Both the position numbers and the translations under genes were made by a program. The notes under the pieces are model-generated. The model ran no database searches. It saw only the letters and a program-made list of their open reading frames with translations, and was not told the DNA's origin. From the NCBI GenBank assembly GCA_965243025.1, contig CBDETY010000003.1, forward strand, positions 4,928,001 to 4,992,000: a stretch of 64,000 nucleotides of DNA, given 5' to 3'. Positions 19,620 to 31,412 of the stretch are shown here, one piece after another. How positions within the stretch are numbered: position 1 is the first letter of the stretch; each line of letters starts with the position of its first letter. The stretch comes from Candidatus Latescibacterota bacterium (GTDB lineage: Bacteria > Latescibacterota > UBA2968 > UBA8231).

Positions 19620-20196
19620 ACCTCTCGAAGCCCATATCCGCATCGTGGTCGGGTTGGGTAATCCAGGTCCCCGATACGCCGCTACCCGCCACAACATCGG
19701 ATTCATGGTTGCCGATCGGCTCCTGGAGGAGCATGGAGGGTTCTGGCAGTCCGGACCGGATTGCGAAACGGCGCGGGTCCGACTGGACACCGACGAGATT
19801 ACCCTGTTGAAACCGCAGACCTACATGAACCGGAGCGGGGATGCCGTATCCGCGTTGCGGCGGCAGGAGACCTTCGGTCCCGGGCAGGTGCTGGTGGTTT
19901 GCGACGATTTCACCTTGCCGTTTTCGCGAATACGCCTGCGGCGTGGAGGCAGCGACGGAGGGCATAACGGCCTTGCCTCCGTCCTGGGGGCACTGGGGAC
20001 GGAAGCAGTTCCGCGGTTGCGGGTCGGGATCGGTCCGGTCACCGATGGGGACGACGTCGATTTCGTGCTGACTGAATTCGAGCGCAGCGAACCTGTAGCC
20101 GCCCTGGTCGATCGCGCCTGCGATGCCGTCACGTGCTGTATCGATGACGGGGTGGACGCGGCGATGAATCGCTTCAACGGGTGCCCGCCGCTGTAG
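19594..20196 (+). CDS. pth: Peptidyl-tRNA hydrolase
   Basis: [29 protein letters not shown]. Confidence 0.96.
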   Translation: MTQETTTPEPLEAHIRIVVGLGNPGPRYAATRHNIGFMVADRLLEEHGGFWQSGPDCETARVRLDTDEITLLKPQTYMNRSGDAVSALRRQETFGPGQVLVVCDDFTLPFSRIRLRRGGSDGGHNGLASVLGALGTEAVPRLRVGIGPVTDGDDVDFVLTEFERSEPVAALVDRACDAVTCCIDDGVDAAMNRFNGCPPL

Positions 20197-20245
20197 AAAC
20201 GGCGGCTGTCGGGCTCACTCAACAATCCTGGAGTCGGGAGGTCTG

Positions 20246-22303
<2,058 letters not shown>

Positions 22304-22343
22304 AAACCGCGCCAAAGAGCAAAGCGCAGAAAGCGGTGATTCA

Positions 22344-22910
22344 ATGACAAAGAAATACGAACTCACCTGTGTCTTCGATCCCCAGGGGGGAGACAGCGGG
22401 TTCGAAGCACTGGTGGAGAAGTACGAAGGCCTGCTGAAATCAGGAGGAGCAGAGGTCGCTGCCGTAGACCGCTGGGGGTTGCGCAAGCTCGCCTACAGTT
22501 CCGTCGGGTTCAAGCGCCGGCAACAGGGATACTTCGCGCTGTTTCAGTTCACGGCGGAAGCCGGGTCGGTTGACCAGGTGCAGCAAGAGCTCAAGCTCGA
22601 CGATGCCGTGCTGCGGCACCTGGTCGTCGCCGTCCCCGGGGAATTCCTGCGGGTTCCCCAACTCGCTCCCGAGAACGTCTACATCTACACTCGGGAAGAT
22701 CGCGGAGGCTCCCGTTTCGGCCGCGGCCGCCGCGACCGCGACGGGAGCGAGAGGCGGGGTCCGGCACCCGCCACATCGCGGGAGGAGGGAGGAGTCCAAA
22801 CCCCGGGTGAACCAGAAGGAAGGGAGAAGGCGAAGGAAGCGGCTCCCGAACCGGCGGCCGAACCTGTCGCCGAGGTCGAGGCGGCCGGTGGAAAGCCTGA
22901 GGAAAGCTAG
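22344..22910 (+). CDS. rpsF: 30S ribosomal protein S6 with long C-terminal tail
   Basis: YELTCVFDP, WGLRKLAY, GYF, VLRHLVV; low-complexity Arg/Glu/Pro tail. Confidence 0.92.
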   Translation: MTKKYELTCVFDPQGGDSGFEALVEKYEGLLKSGGAEVAAVDRWGLRKLAYSSVGFKRRQQGYFALFQFTAEAGSVDQVQQELKLDDAVLRHLVVAVPGEFLRVPQLAPENVYIYTREDRGGSRFGRGRRDRDGSERRGPAPATSREEGGVQTPGEPEGREKAKEAAPEPAAEPVAEVEAAGGKPEES

Positions 22911-22957
22911 CCCGGCAACACCACGGCAGCCGTTTTAGGAAACCAGGGCTCAAGGGC

Positions 22958-23797
22958 GTGCTGTTCCTGGCGGGTCTGGCACTGACGGCGGGGACGCTGG
23001 TAGCCTGTTTTCGCTTCGGCTTGACCGCCGTAGGGGTGGCGGCGGCTTTGCCAATTGCCGCGGTAGTGGCCGGGGTCCTGGAGTTGGACCCGGCCGTCGC
23101 CCTCGCTCCGTTGGCAGGCGTACTCGCTGCGGCGCAGACGGCCAGGGGAAGGACCTACGGCCTGGTGATCGCAACCGCCTCGATCCCGGGCTTGCTCTAC
23201 GGGTTGTACCTGGTTGGAGTCCTGCACGGCGAGGCGGTGACGCCCGACCGGATCGGCGACGATCAACTGCGGCAGTTGAAGGAATCAGGGCTGTCCGCCC
23301 TGACCACCCAGGGAATCGCGATTGAGGATCTGGTTCGCCTGTTCGTCCTTCTGCAGCCAAGCGCCTCGGTGTTGTACGTTCTCCTGAAACTCGTTCTCGG
23401 TTATGCACTGGGCCGCTACCTGGGCCTCTGGACAGGGGTCGTCGCCCTTCCCGCTCCACCCCTCGTACGGGAGTGGCGTCTCTGGGAACAGATGATCTGG
23501 TTCCTTGTCGGGGGAGTAGCGCTGTGGTTGCTGGCCGGGGACGGGGTGTTGAATACCCTGGCGGTCAACATCGTTGTGGTGGTGCTCGTACTGTACGCCG
23601 TTCAGGGGTTTTCAGTTGCGCGCTACTGTCTGTGGAGAATGCGGGTTGCGCGAACCCTGGAGTTCGTTATCTACGTCGTGGCGTTGGTTACAGGATGGGC
23701 AGGGTTGATACTTGCAGGTGTGGGATTGATGGATACATGGTTCGATTGGCGGCGCCTCGGACGTCGCCGATCGCAGGAAGAAGAGGAGGTCGAATAG
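22958..23797 (+). CDS. YybS/DUF2232 family membrane protein
   Basis: Multi-TM, YAVQGFSV, GLMDTWFDWRRL; usual position before rplI. Confidence 0.85.
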   Translation: MLFLAGLALTAGTLVACFRFGLTAVGVAAALPIAAVVAGVLELDPAVALAPLAGVLAAAQTARGRTYGLVIATASIPGLLYGLYLVGVLHGEAVTPDRIGDDQLRQLKESGLSALTTQGIAIEDLVRLFVLLQPSASVLYVLLKLVLGYALGRYLGLWTGVVALPAPPLVREWRLWEQMIWFLVGGVALWLLAGDGVLNTLAVNIVVVVLVLYAVQGFSVARYCLWRMRVARTLEFVIYVVALVTGWAGLILAGVGLMDTWFDWRRLGRRRSQEEEEVE

Positions 23798-23798
23798 A

Positions 23799-24242
23799 GT
23801 GAAAGTCATACTTCTCAAGGACGTGGACCGGGTCGGTGCCGCGGGAGAGATCGTTCAGGTAAGCGACGGATTTGGAAGGAATTACCTGATTCCCAACAGC
23901 CAGGCGTTGTTGGCTACGGACGCCAACGTTGCCCGTTTCGAAACCCGGAGACGCCAGCACGAGGCGGCGGCGGAACGCGAACAGCGCAGCGCCGCGGGCA
24001 TGGCCCAGCAACTCGAGCAGGCTTCCCTGACGGCCCAGGTCAAGGTGGGAGAAGGGGAGCAGATGTTCGGATCGGTGACTTCCCAGAACATCTCCGATCT
24101 GCTCGTGGAGCAGGGTTACGAAATCGACCGCCGCATGATCGAGCTCGATGAACCGATCCGCGCGTTGGGTGTCTACAGTGTGAAGGTGAATCTGCACCCG
24201 GAGGTAGCGGCGACGGTCAAGCTCTGGGTCGTGAAAGAGTAG
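23799..24242 (+). CDS. rplI: 50S ribosomal protein L9
   Basis: MKVILLKDV, GFGRNYLIP, FGSVT, LHPEV. Confidence 0.97.
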   Translation: MKVILLKDVDRVGAAGEIVQVSDGFGRNYLIPNSQALLATDANVARFETRRRQHEAAAEREQRSAAGMAQQLEQASLTAQVKVGEGEQMFGSVTSQNISDLLVEQGYEIDRRMIELDEPIRALGVYSVKVNLHPEVAATVKLWVVKE

Positions 24243-24358
24243 AACCACCATTCCCGGTTTTCGTGACAAAATCCCACTTGGGTTTCGGCCGGCCCTCCCC
24301 TTCTGAGAGACTTCCACCACCGGGACCCGGCACATCGTCGAAGTACCCCCCGGGCCCG

Positions 24359-25213
24359 GTGCGATTGATCCTGTGTCTGCTTTTGGCAGCATGTGCTCCG
24401 GAGAGCGAGCCGGGGCCGTTCGAGCAGGTCGAACAGCAGGTGTGGCGAATCGTCAATCGCAGTCATACCGGCAGCGACGGGATCTTCGTGCAGGCGACGA
24501 TGCGAACATTCGCATACGAGATCGTCAGCCTGTACGCCAGGGCCGAGCAGGAGAGTCTCGACCAGGAGCAGCTCCTGAGCCGGTTCCGGGAGTTCATCTA
24601 CCAGTACGTGGACGGCCATTACCCGTTCCAGGACGGCACCGACATAAACAGCCTCTACTATCAATACCTCGTTTTCGTCAACCGCTCGTTTGACGCGAGC
24701 AACCCGATAGAAAAGAAGGTGTTCGACAACTGGCGGGCGGAGTACGTGCGCCGGTTGTTGGGGGAGGTCTACGACCACAAGTACCCACTGCTCCGGAATA
24801 ATTACGACCAGCGCTGGGGCCCGACGCTCTACAGCCGGTTTGTCTTTTACATCTATCTCGACAACAGCGAGTCCGATCTGTCCCCCCGCATAGACGATAT
24901 CGGAAGCCGGGTTTACCTGATCGACGAAGAGGGCAACCGCTACGCCCCCAGCGGACAAGCCGGCCCCTACCCCTACGAGTTCGACAGACCGAAAAAGCCC
25001 ATTCTCGAAGGCAAGGTTGTTTTCCGTCTTTTTTTTCCAAACAGAAAGGCGGACCGCCGTACTCCGATAGTCGATGCCGGGACCCGGCACCTCGATCTGG
25101 TTATCGAGAACCTGGGTGAAGAACCGGAAAGACGCCTGCGGTGGGAGCTGCCCTTTGACTACCCGCAACCCCCTTCAACCACGCTGGGGGATGCAGTGGG
25201 AACCGGGCCTTGA
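24359..25213 (+). CDS. Hypothetical lipoprotein
   Basis: VRLILCLLLAA-C lipobox; Tyr-rich body; no recognised family. Confidence 0.7.
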   Translation: MRLILCLLLAACAPESEPGPFEQVEQQVWRIVNRSHTGSDGIFVQATMRTFAYEIVSLYARAEQESLDQEQLLSRFREFIYQYVDGHYPFQDGTDINSLYYQYLVFVNRSFDASNPIEKKVFDNWRAEYVRRLLGEVYDHKYPLLRNNYDQRWGPTLYSRFVFYIYLDNSESDLSPRIDDIGSRVYLIDEEGNRYAPSGQAGPYPYEFDRPKKPILEGKVVFRLFFPNRKADRRTPIVDAGTRHLDLVIENLGEEPERRLRWELPFDYPQPPSTTLGDAVGTGP

Positions 25214-25251
25214 AGCTCTGGGGCGGCTGGACCGTCGGCGGTAGAGCCGAA

Positions 25252-25350
25252 GGGAGCGGACGGGTGCCTGGTGGCCCCCGCGGACTTCAAATCCGTAGCG
25301 GTGTCGCGAAAGCGGCGCTGGGTGGGTTCGATTCCCACACGTTCCCGCCA
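25252..25350 (+). tRNA. selC: tRNA-Sec (TCA)
   Basis: 99 nt; anticodon loop CT-TCA-AA in GCGGA/TCCGT, long variable arm with GAAA loop, T arm GTGGG-TTCGATT-CCCAC, GCCA end. Confidence 0.95.
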
Positions 25351-25373
25351 TTCCGACCGCAGGGGGGTCGGGA
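25351..25373. terminator. Hairpin between convergent selC and Ldh-family gene
   Basis: TTCCGACC / GGTCGGGA stem; no strong U-tract. Confidence 0.35.
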
Positions 25374-25405
25374 CACCAGGCGGCACCGGCTGGGCAATTG
25401 TGTAT

Positions 25406-26476
25406 TCAGGAGAGAACGTCCGCTTCCCACTTCGTCGGATCGAGACCGACCCGACGGGCGGCATCCGAAACCCGTTGCCAGGTGCCGTCGTCGACGGCGA
25501 TGCCTTCCGCACGTCGCAGGGCGGCGGTGCGAAACTCCAGTTCTCCCGGGAGCAGCACCTCGCCGGTGCCCGGGTCTGGACGGCTCGAGGTCACGTGCCG
25601 GATGAGGCTCTCGATTTCCCGTTCGTAGGTCGCTTGGTCGGCGAAGAACCCTGGATCGTATACGGTGAAGAGGACGCCGTTGCTCTTGAAGCTGCGTTCG
25701 CCCGACGCGGTGCCCTCCCCTCCCAGCAGCCCTCCCATAAGCTCGACGATCAGCCCCAGGCCGTACCCTTTGTATCCGACCGGACCGCCCAGGGGAAGCA
25801 TTGCCCCCGGGGGGTCTCCGAGATAGTCTGCCGGGTCGGTGGTCGGGTTTCCCTCGCTGTCGATGATCCACCCCTCCGGCACCTGCTCCCCCTTGTTCTG
25901 CGCCATGCGGATTTTTCCCTCGGCGACGACGGAGGTGGTCATGTCGACCAGAATCGGTTCGCCGTTCGGGCGCGGCGCCGCGAAGGCGACCGGGTTGGTG
26001 CTCAGCTTGCCGTCGATGCCGCCGAAAGGGGCGATCTGACGACCGAGACGACCGGCGTTGACGAACACCAGGGCTACGAATCCTGCCCGTGCCGCAGCCA
26101 GCGGGTAGGCTCCGGCGCGGCCTACGTGACTGGTGTTTCGCAGTCCGACCACTCCGACGCCGTGCTCGCGCGCCTTGGCGGTAGCCACCTCGATCGCGAG
26201 TCGTCCCGATACCTGGCCGAATCCCCCCCCTCCGTCGACCAGGGCAGTACATCCCCTGTCCTGCAGGATGACCGGCTTCCCCTGCGGGTCGAAAGTTCCC
26301 TCGAGGATTTTTTCCACGTACTCGTAGTAACGCATCGTTCCGTGGGCGTCCTGGCCGAACAGGTTCGACTCGACCAGGTGATCGACGACGGTCCCGGCGT
26401 CTTCGGGAGAGCAACCGGCTGCCTCGAAGAGTTCGCAACCGATTCGGTGAAGGGCGTCGGGAGTGAATCGCCTCAT
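25406..26476 (-). CDS. Ldh_2 (malate/L-lactate/sulfolactate dehydrogenase type 2) family oxidoreductase
   Basis: GQDAHG, SHVGRAGAY, STNPVAFA, DMTTS, GYKGYGL. Confidence 0.9.
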   Translation of the reverse strand: MRRFTPDALHRIGCELFEAAGCSPEDAGTVVDHLVESNLFGQDAHGTMRYYEYVEKILEGTFDPQGKPVILQDRGCTALVDGGGGFGQVSGRLAIEVATAKAREHGVGVVGLRNTSHVGRAGAYPLAAARAGFVALVFVNAGRLGRQIAPFGGIDGKLSTNPVAFAAPRPNGEPILVDMTTSVVAEGKIRMAQNKGEQVPEGWIIDSEGNPTTDPADYLGDPPGAMLPLGGPVGYKGYGLGLIVELMGGLLGGEGTASGERSFKSNGVLFTVYDPGFFADQATYEREIESLIRHVTSSRPDPGTGEVLLPGELEFRTAALRRAEGIAVDDGTWQRVSDAARRVGLDPTKWEADVLS

Positions 26477-26480
26477 GAAG

Positions 26481-27296
26481 TCAGGAAAGTACAGGGGCTG
26501 CCAGAACGCGCCCCACTTCGGCCGGCCAGGTACCGGCCACCGTCACGCCGTACTCCTTCAACCCGCCTGTCGCCAGCGGCCCGGTGAGAAGGGGTTTGGC
26601 GCGCTCTCCTTCCAGGAGGTCCGGCGAAGCGAAATCGGCGTTCAGAAAGTGGAAGGCGATACCTGCCCGCTCGCGATCAGTGGTGTTGTCCCTGGTGCAG
26701 TGGGCGCAGCCATAGCAGAAGAAAGCCGCTCCCCCTGCAGGAACCTCTACTGCGACAGCTCTCTCTTCGGGGGGCCGGCAGTGGATGTGATGATCGCTGT
26801 ACGGGTCGCGATGGTGGTCGTACTGCTCGCGGAAGCTTCCGGGTACGACATGCAGCGTTCCGTTGGCGACGGTGGCATCGTGGACCGCCACCCACATGGC
26901 CACCCCTTTCAAAGGATCCGCGATTTTGAAATAGGCGTTGTCCTGATGCCAGTCGGTACCGGTGCCCTGGCCGGCAGGCTTGAGGAACAGTTGATCGAGG
27001 TGAAGGAGGAAGGGATCGCCGATCAACTGCGTGACCAGCTCGAGCACCTTCGGTTCGAAAGGCAAGGCGCGGATCAGGTCGCTCTTGTCGTACAGCGGAA
27101 TGACCTGGTAGTTGGTCTTCTCCTGCGAGTGGGTTGCGCCGTCTCCGTCGGTGCGCACATTGCGGCCGAAACCGAGTTGCCGGAACCGCTCTACTTCCCG
27201 TTGCAGGGCCGATACTTCGTCCTCGTTGAAGAGTCGGGGCAGCGAGGTGTATCCGTCGTGGCGAAATTGCTCTATGTGCGCGGAATCGAAATGCAT
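26481..27296 (-). CDS. PhyH-family Fe(II)/2-oxoglutarate dioxygenase
   Basis: FRHDGY, WHQD, NGTLHVVPGS, distal His and Arg. Confidence 0.9.
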   Translation of the reverse strand: MHFDSAHIEQFRHDGYTSLPRLFNEDEVSALQREVERFRQLGFGRNVRTDGDGATHSQEKTNYQVIPLYDKSDLIRALPFEPKVLELVTQLIGDPFLLHLDQLFLKPAGQGTGTDWHQDNAYFKIADPLKGVAMWVAVHDATVANGTLHVVPGSFREQYDHHRDPYSDHHIHCRPPEERAVAVEVPAGGAAFFCYGCAHCTRDNTTDRERAGIAFHFLNADFASPDLLEGERAKPLLTGPLATGGLKEYGVTVAGTWPAEVGRVLAAPVLS

Positions 27297-27551
27297 TGTG
27301 TCGGACAACAAACTTTCGTGTGACAATTTGAAGGGACAAGATAGAAACGGGGTAAAGCAGCTGCCAATCGCCTCATCACCCCCGGTTCGGGTTGCCCGGC
27401 GCCGGTGCTATCCTTAGGATATAAACCGAACAGACAAGGACCGCGTCCCGACAGGCGACTCCCCCGCCCTCCTGATCCTTCCGAGAAAACAGCTCCATCG
27501 TGGAGTGCGGCCCGGCGTGCCTCTTTGGTGCCGTCGGTTTCTATTTCAGTC

Positions 27552-28553
27552 ATGGAAAAACCCCGGATCGCCATCAATGGGTTTGGCCGTATCGGCCGCC
27601 TGGTGCTGAAGGCCTCCTTCGCCCGCGGGCTGAAGGTCTGCGCCATCAATGACCTCGCCGACCCGAAAACCCTGGCCCACCTGCTGAAGTACGATTCCAC
27701 CCACGGACGATTCCCGGGAGAGGTTTACTCCGAAGGAAAGACCCTCGTGGTCAACGGGAGGGCAATCGATGTGCTGAGCGAGCCTCAGCCCGCAAAGCTG
27801 CCTTGGAGTGAGCTCGGAATCGATACAGCCCTGGAATCCACGGGGCGTTTCAACAGCCGCGACAAAGCAGCGGCCCATCTGGAGGCCGGGGCCGGCAGGG
27901 TCGTTGTATCAGCGCCGGCAAGGGACGCCGACGCGGTAATCGTGCTGGGGGTCAACGATTCCGATCTTTCCCCCGGTCACAGGGTGGTGTCGAACGCCTC
28001 CTGCACGACAAACTGCCTGGCGCCGATGGTCAAGGTGCTCCACGAACGCTTCGGTGTTACCTGTGGAACGATGAATACCATTCACTCGTACACCAACGAC
28101 CAGCATGTGCTCGACCAGCCCCACAAGGACCTGCGCAGGGCCCGCGGGGCCGGCATCAACATGATCCCGACAACCACGGGGGCCGCCGCCGCGGTGGGGC
28201 AGGTTATACCGGAACTGATGGGCAAGCTCAACGGCCTTTCCATCCGGGTTCCCACACCCGACGGTTCTTTGACCGACTTTACCGCCGTTGTCAAACGGCC
28301 GACCTCCGCATCAGAGGTGAACGAGGCATTCCGGGCAGCCGCCGCCGGGCCGCTGAAGGAATACCTCGAGTACTCGGAGGAACCGCTGGTTCTGTCGGAC
28401 ATCATCGGCAATCCCGCATCCTGCATATTCGACGCTCTGTCCACCACCGTCGTCGGCGGCACTCTCGTCAAGGTGCTCGGCTGGTACGACAACGAGTGGG
28501 GGTACGCCAACCGGTGCGCCGACCTGATGCTGCGGTTGGCTGTAATTCAATGA
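27552..28553 (+). CDS. gap: Glyceraldehyde-3-phosphate dehydrogenase type I
   Basis: INGFGRIGR, ASCTTNCLAP, WYDNEWGY. Confidence 0.98.
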   Translation: MEKPRIAINGFGRIGRLVLKASFARGLKVCAINDLADPKTLAHLLKYDSTHGRFPGEVYSEGKTLVVNGRAIDVLSEPQPAKLPWSELGIDTALESTGRFNSRDKAAAHLEAGAGRVVVSAPARDADAVIVLGVNDSDLSPGHRVVSNASCTTNCLAPMVKVLHERFGVTCGTMNTIHSYTNDQHVLDQPHKDLRRARGAGINMIPTTTGAAAAVGQVIPELMGKLNGLSIRVPTPDGSLTDFTAVVKRPTSASEVNEAFRAAAAGPLKEYLEYSEEPLVLSDIIGNPASCIFDALSTTVVGGTLVKVLGWYDNEWGYANRCADLMLRLAVIQ

Positions 28554-28584
28554 GTTCGCCGAATCTTCAGCCCAGGGCGACCTG

Positions 28585-29067
28585 ATGTTCGAAGACGTCT
28601 GGAAGAGATACGAGGAGAACGAGCTCACTCACAGTGCCGCCCATCACCTGATGGCGGTTCACGAGTTGAGGGAGGAGCACGGCTACGCCCGCGTTTCCGA
28701 CATCGCCCAACACCTGAAAATCACCAAGGGCAGTGTCTCGACGGCGATGAAACACCTCAAGGAGAGAGGCTACGTCGCCGAGGACCACAACCGTTTTCTC
28801 GAGCTGACCGAAAAGGGCATGGACGTGGTCTCCCAGACCGAAGCCTCCCGGATGGTTGTGCAGAAGTTCCTGAACCGGGGCCTGGGCATGGACGAGGACG
28901 ACGCCGAAATCGACGCCTGCAAGGTAGAGCACCTGATCAGCTCCGAGGCGAGAGACCGCCTTGTGGGGTTTCTGGAGTTTCTCTTCTCCGAGGATCCTCG
29001 CGCCTCCGAGTTTCTCGAGGCGTTCCGGCAAGCGCTTCCCAACCTGATGCCGGTAGAAGAGAAATAG
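28585..29067 (+). CDS. DtxR/MntR-family metal-dependent regulator
   Basis: ARVSDIAQHLKITKGSVS HTH, LTEKG, DACKVEHLIS. Confidence 0.88.
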   Translation: MFEDVWKRYEENELTHSAAHHLMAVHELREEHGYARVSDIAQHLKITKGSVSTAMKHLKERGYVAEDHNRFLELTEKGMDVVSQTEASRMVVQKFLNRGLGMDEDDAEIDACKVEHLISSEARDRLVGFLEFLFSEDPRASEFLEAFRQALPNLMPVEEK

Positions 29068-29200
29068 TCCGGAACCGGTGGCAACTTTCCGCCGCCGGTC
29101 GATACCCATCGGTTCCCTGCCACAGCTACACATTACGCTACCGTAATTCCCCCCGGTCCGGGTTTTTCGCCCGGGCCTGTGAGTCCCCCGGCAACTCCAC

Positions 29201-30184
29201 ATGTGCGCAATCCTGTCCTTTCTGAGACGCCAGATGTTGCCGGTCGGCTTGCTCTGTGCAGCCGCGGTCGGACTGGCTTGGCCCGAACCGGGAAGGTACA
29301 TGGGCACCCTGCCAACCCAGTACGTCGCCGTGAGCATCATTTTTTTCTGCTCCGGCTTGCTGCTGCGAACCGACGAGATCCAGGCCGCTTTCTCGGCGTG
29401 GCGCGCCTCCGGGTGGGGGGTCGTGTCTATCCTTTTCGTCACTCCCGCCATCGGAGTCGCCCTCGCCTTTCAGGTACCTGTAGAGGCGGACTTCCAGCTC
29501 GGACTGGCCCTGTTCTGCTGCATGCCGACCACCCTGTCGTCGGGGATTGCCCTGACACAGCAGGCGCGCGGCAACGTCGCCCTGGCCCTGCTGTTGACCG
29601 TGTCGACCAATCTCCTGGGGATCTTCACGGTGCCTTTCGTGCTCGCCCACCTTCTGGGAGCTCTCGGACAGGTGGAGCTTTCGGCGGTCGATCTGCTGGT
29701 CAAGCTCTGCCTGACCATCCTGTTGCCGCTTTCCGCCGGCCGTTACGCTCGCCGGTTTGTCGCGGGCTGGGTCGGCATTCACCGGTCCCGAATCACCTCG
29801 ATCAGCAACCTCGCCCTGATATCGGTTCCCTGGATGAAGTTCAGCGAGTCCTCCTCCGCCCTCGCCCAGGTAGCCCTGCTGAGTCTCGTTGTCCTCATAG
29901 GGGCAGGACTTGCTATACACATTCTTTACCTGGTTCTGAATTCCGCTGTCTGCGGATTCCTCAGGGTGGAGGCTGCCGCCCGCAAGGCGGTTGTGCTGCT
30001 CGCAAGCCAGAAAACCCTGCCCGTGGCGATGACGGTTCTGGCACTCATTCCCGGGGAAGTACTGGCGAGCGACGTTAAGGGGCTGGTGGCGATTCCCTGC
30101 ATCACTTTTCACCTCGGACAGATCTTCGTCGACGCGGTCGTTGCGACGCGATGGGGAGCGGCCGGGGGAAAGGGTTGGCGCTGA
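29201..30184 (+). CDS. Bile acid:sodium symporter (SBF-like) family transporter
   Basis: Multi-TM, IFFCSGLLL, CMPTTLSSG, SQKTLPVA. Confidence 0.88.
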   Translation: MCAILSFLRRQMLPVGLLCAAAVGLAWPEPGRYMGTLPTQYVAVSIIFFCSGLLLRTDEIQAAFSAWRASGWGVVSILFVTPAIGVALAFQVPVEADFQLGLALFCCMPTTLSSGIALTQQARGNVALALLLTVSTNLLGIFTVPFVLAHLLGALGQVELSAVDLLVKLCLTILLPLSAGRYARRFVAGWVGIHRSRITSISNLALISVPWMKFSESSSALAQVALLSLVVLIGAGLAIHILYLVLNSAVCGFLRVEAAARKAVVLLASQKTLPVAMTVLALIPGEVLASDVKGLVAIPCITFHLGQIFVDAVVATRWGAAGGKGWR

Positions 30185-30296
30185 ACTAGCTCGAGGTACT
30201 GGCGCAGCCCCCCGACGGGAGGGCTCGGCCACCGGGGTTTTCCGGATGTTTGCGGGGTGCGGGAATTGCAGGCGTTGCCGCCCGCAACGTTCGGCT

Positions 30297-31412
30297 TCAG
30301 CCCTGCTGAGAATCGCTTCGCGGCGCGAACCACCCGGTGGCGCGAAGCCGCTCCACCCCCGAATCGGACTCGGCGACCGGGAACCGGACCGGTAGATTGC
30401 CCGCAAGCTGCGACTCGTAAATCGCCATCACCATCTCCAGAGAGCGTCTGCCGACGCCGCCGTCGCTTCGCAGCGAACCTCCGCCGTCGAGGGCTCCCAG
30501 CAGCTCGTCCAAGGCAACCGAATAACTCGACGCCGGCTCGGGGGGCTCGACGTCGACCGGTTCCAGCGCCGCCCACCGGAAGCCGCTGTCCGGCTCGTAA
30601 TCTCCCGGGCGGGACTGGTACAGCTGCACTCGTTCCGAGATCATGCGGATGACCCCGGTCGATCCCCGCAGCTCGAAGGCGTTGTCGCTGTACTCGGTGA
30701 GCTCGGAGGCATGGAAGACGGCAGTTACGCCGTTGCGGAACTTCAGGAAGGCCCCGGTGAAGTCCTCGACCGCCCAGGGCCGCCGCCGCTGCTCGGCCAT
30801 ACCGCACAACCAGTCGACCTCGCCGGCGAACAGGTCCATCAAGTCGAAGTAATGGGTGGCGTCGTGAAGCAGCGGGCCTTCGTTGTCGCTGCGCCACGAG
30901 GGGGTGGGCTTGCAGCCGTCCATGTAGCAGTAGATGGCATTGAGCTCTCCGATGGCCCCCTGACTGACGAGGGTGTGGGCGAGGTTCCAGTCCGGAGACC
31001 AGCGGCGGTTGTGGTTGATCTGCAGCAGGGTGCCGTTCTCCGCGCAGGCGGCGATCATGCGGTCGCACTCGCCGAGGGAAAGGGCCATCGGTTTTTCGCA
31101 GATCACCGCCCTGGTCGCCGGGGCCGCGGCGCAGGCGGCGACCATTTCGCAGTGGAGTTCCGGGTGGGTGGCGACGATGCAGATGTCGGGACCGACCTTG
31201 GCCAGCATCTCGCCGCAGTCGTGGAACAGGGCGGAGACCCCGAAGCGCTCGCCGAATGCCTCGAGCTTTTCCCGGCCCCTGTTGACCCCCGCTGCGAGCT
31301 CGCAGCGAGGGTTGAGGGCGACCGCCTCGGCGTGGTTGTCGGGAAGATCGCCGAAGCTGAACTGGTAGCCGACACGGCCGGTGCCGATGATGGCGACGCG
31401 GTAGGGATTCAT
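30297..31412 (-). CDS. Gfo/Idh/MocA oxidoreductase
   Basis: IIGTGRVG, CEKPMA, HDATHYFD; ATGA overlap with the upstream gene. Confidence 0.9.
   Translation of the reverse strand: MNPYRVAIIGTGRVGYQFSFGDLPDNHAEAVALNPRCELAAGVNRGREKLEAFGERFGVSALFHDCGEMLAKVGPDICIVATHPELHCEMVAACAAAPATRAVICEKPMALSLGECDRMIAACAENGTLLQINHNRRWSPDWNLAHTLVSQGAIGELNAIYCYMDGCKPTPSWRSDNEGPLLHDATHYFDLMDLFAGEVDWLCGMAEQRRRPWAVEDFTGAFLKFRNGVTAVFHASELTEYSDNAFELRGSTGVIRMISERVQLYQSRPGDYEPDSGFRWAALEPVDVEPPEPASSYSVALDELLGALDGGGSLRSDGGVGRRSLEMVMAIYESQLAGNLPVRFPVAESDSGVERLRATGWFAPRSDSQQG

Noticed and set aside
25252-25405. selC or tRNA-Gln as the integration site of an island
   Set aside because: No integrase adjacent, and I saw no duplicated tRNA 3' end in the window (by eye only).
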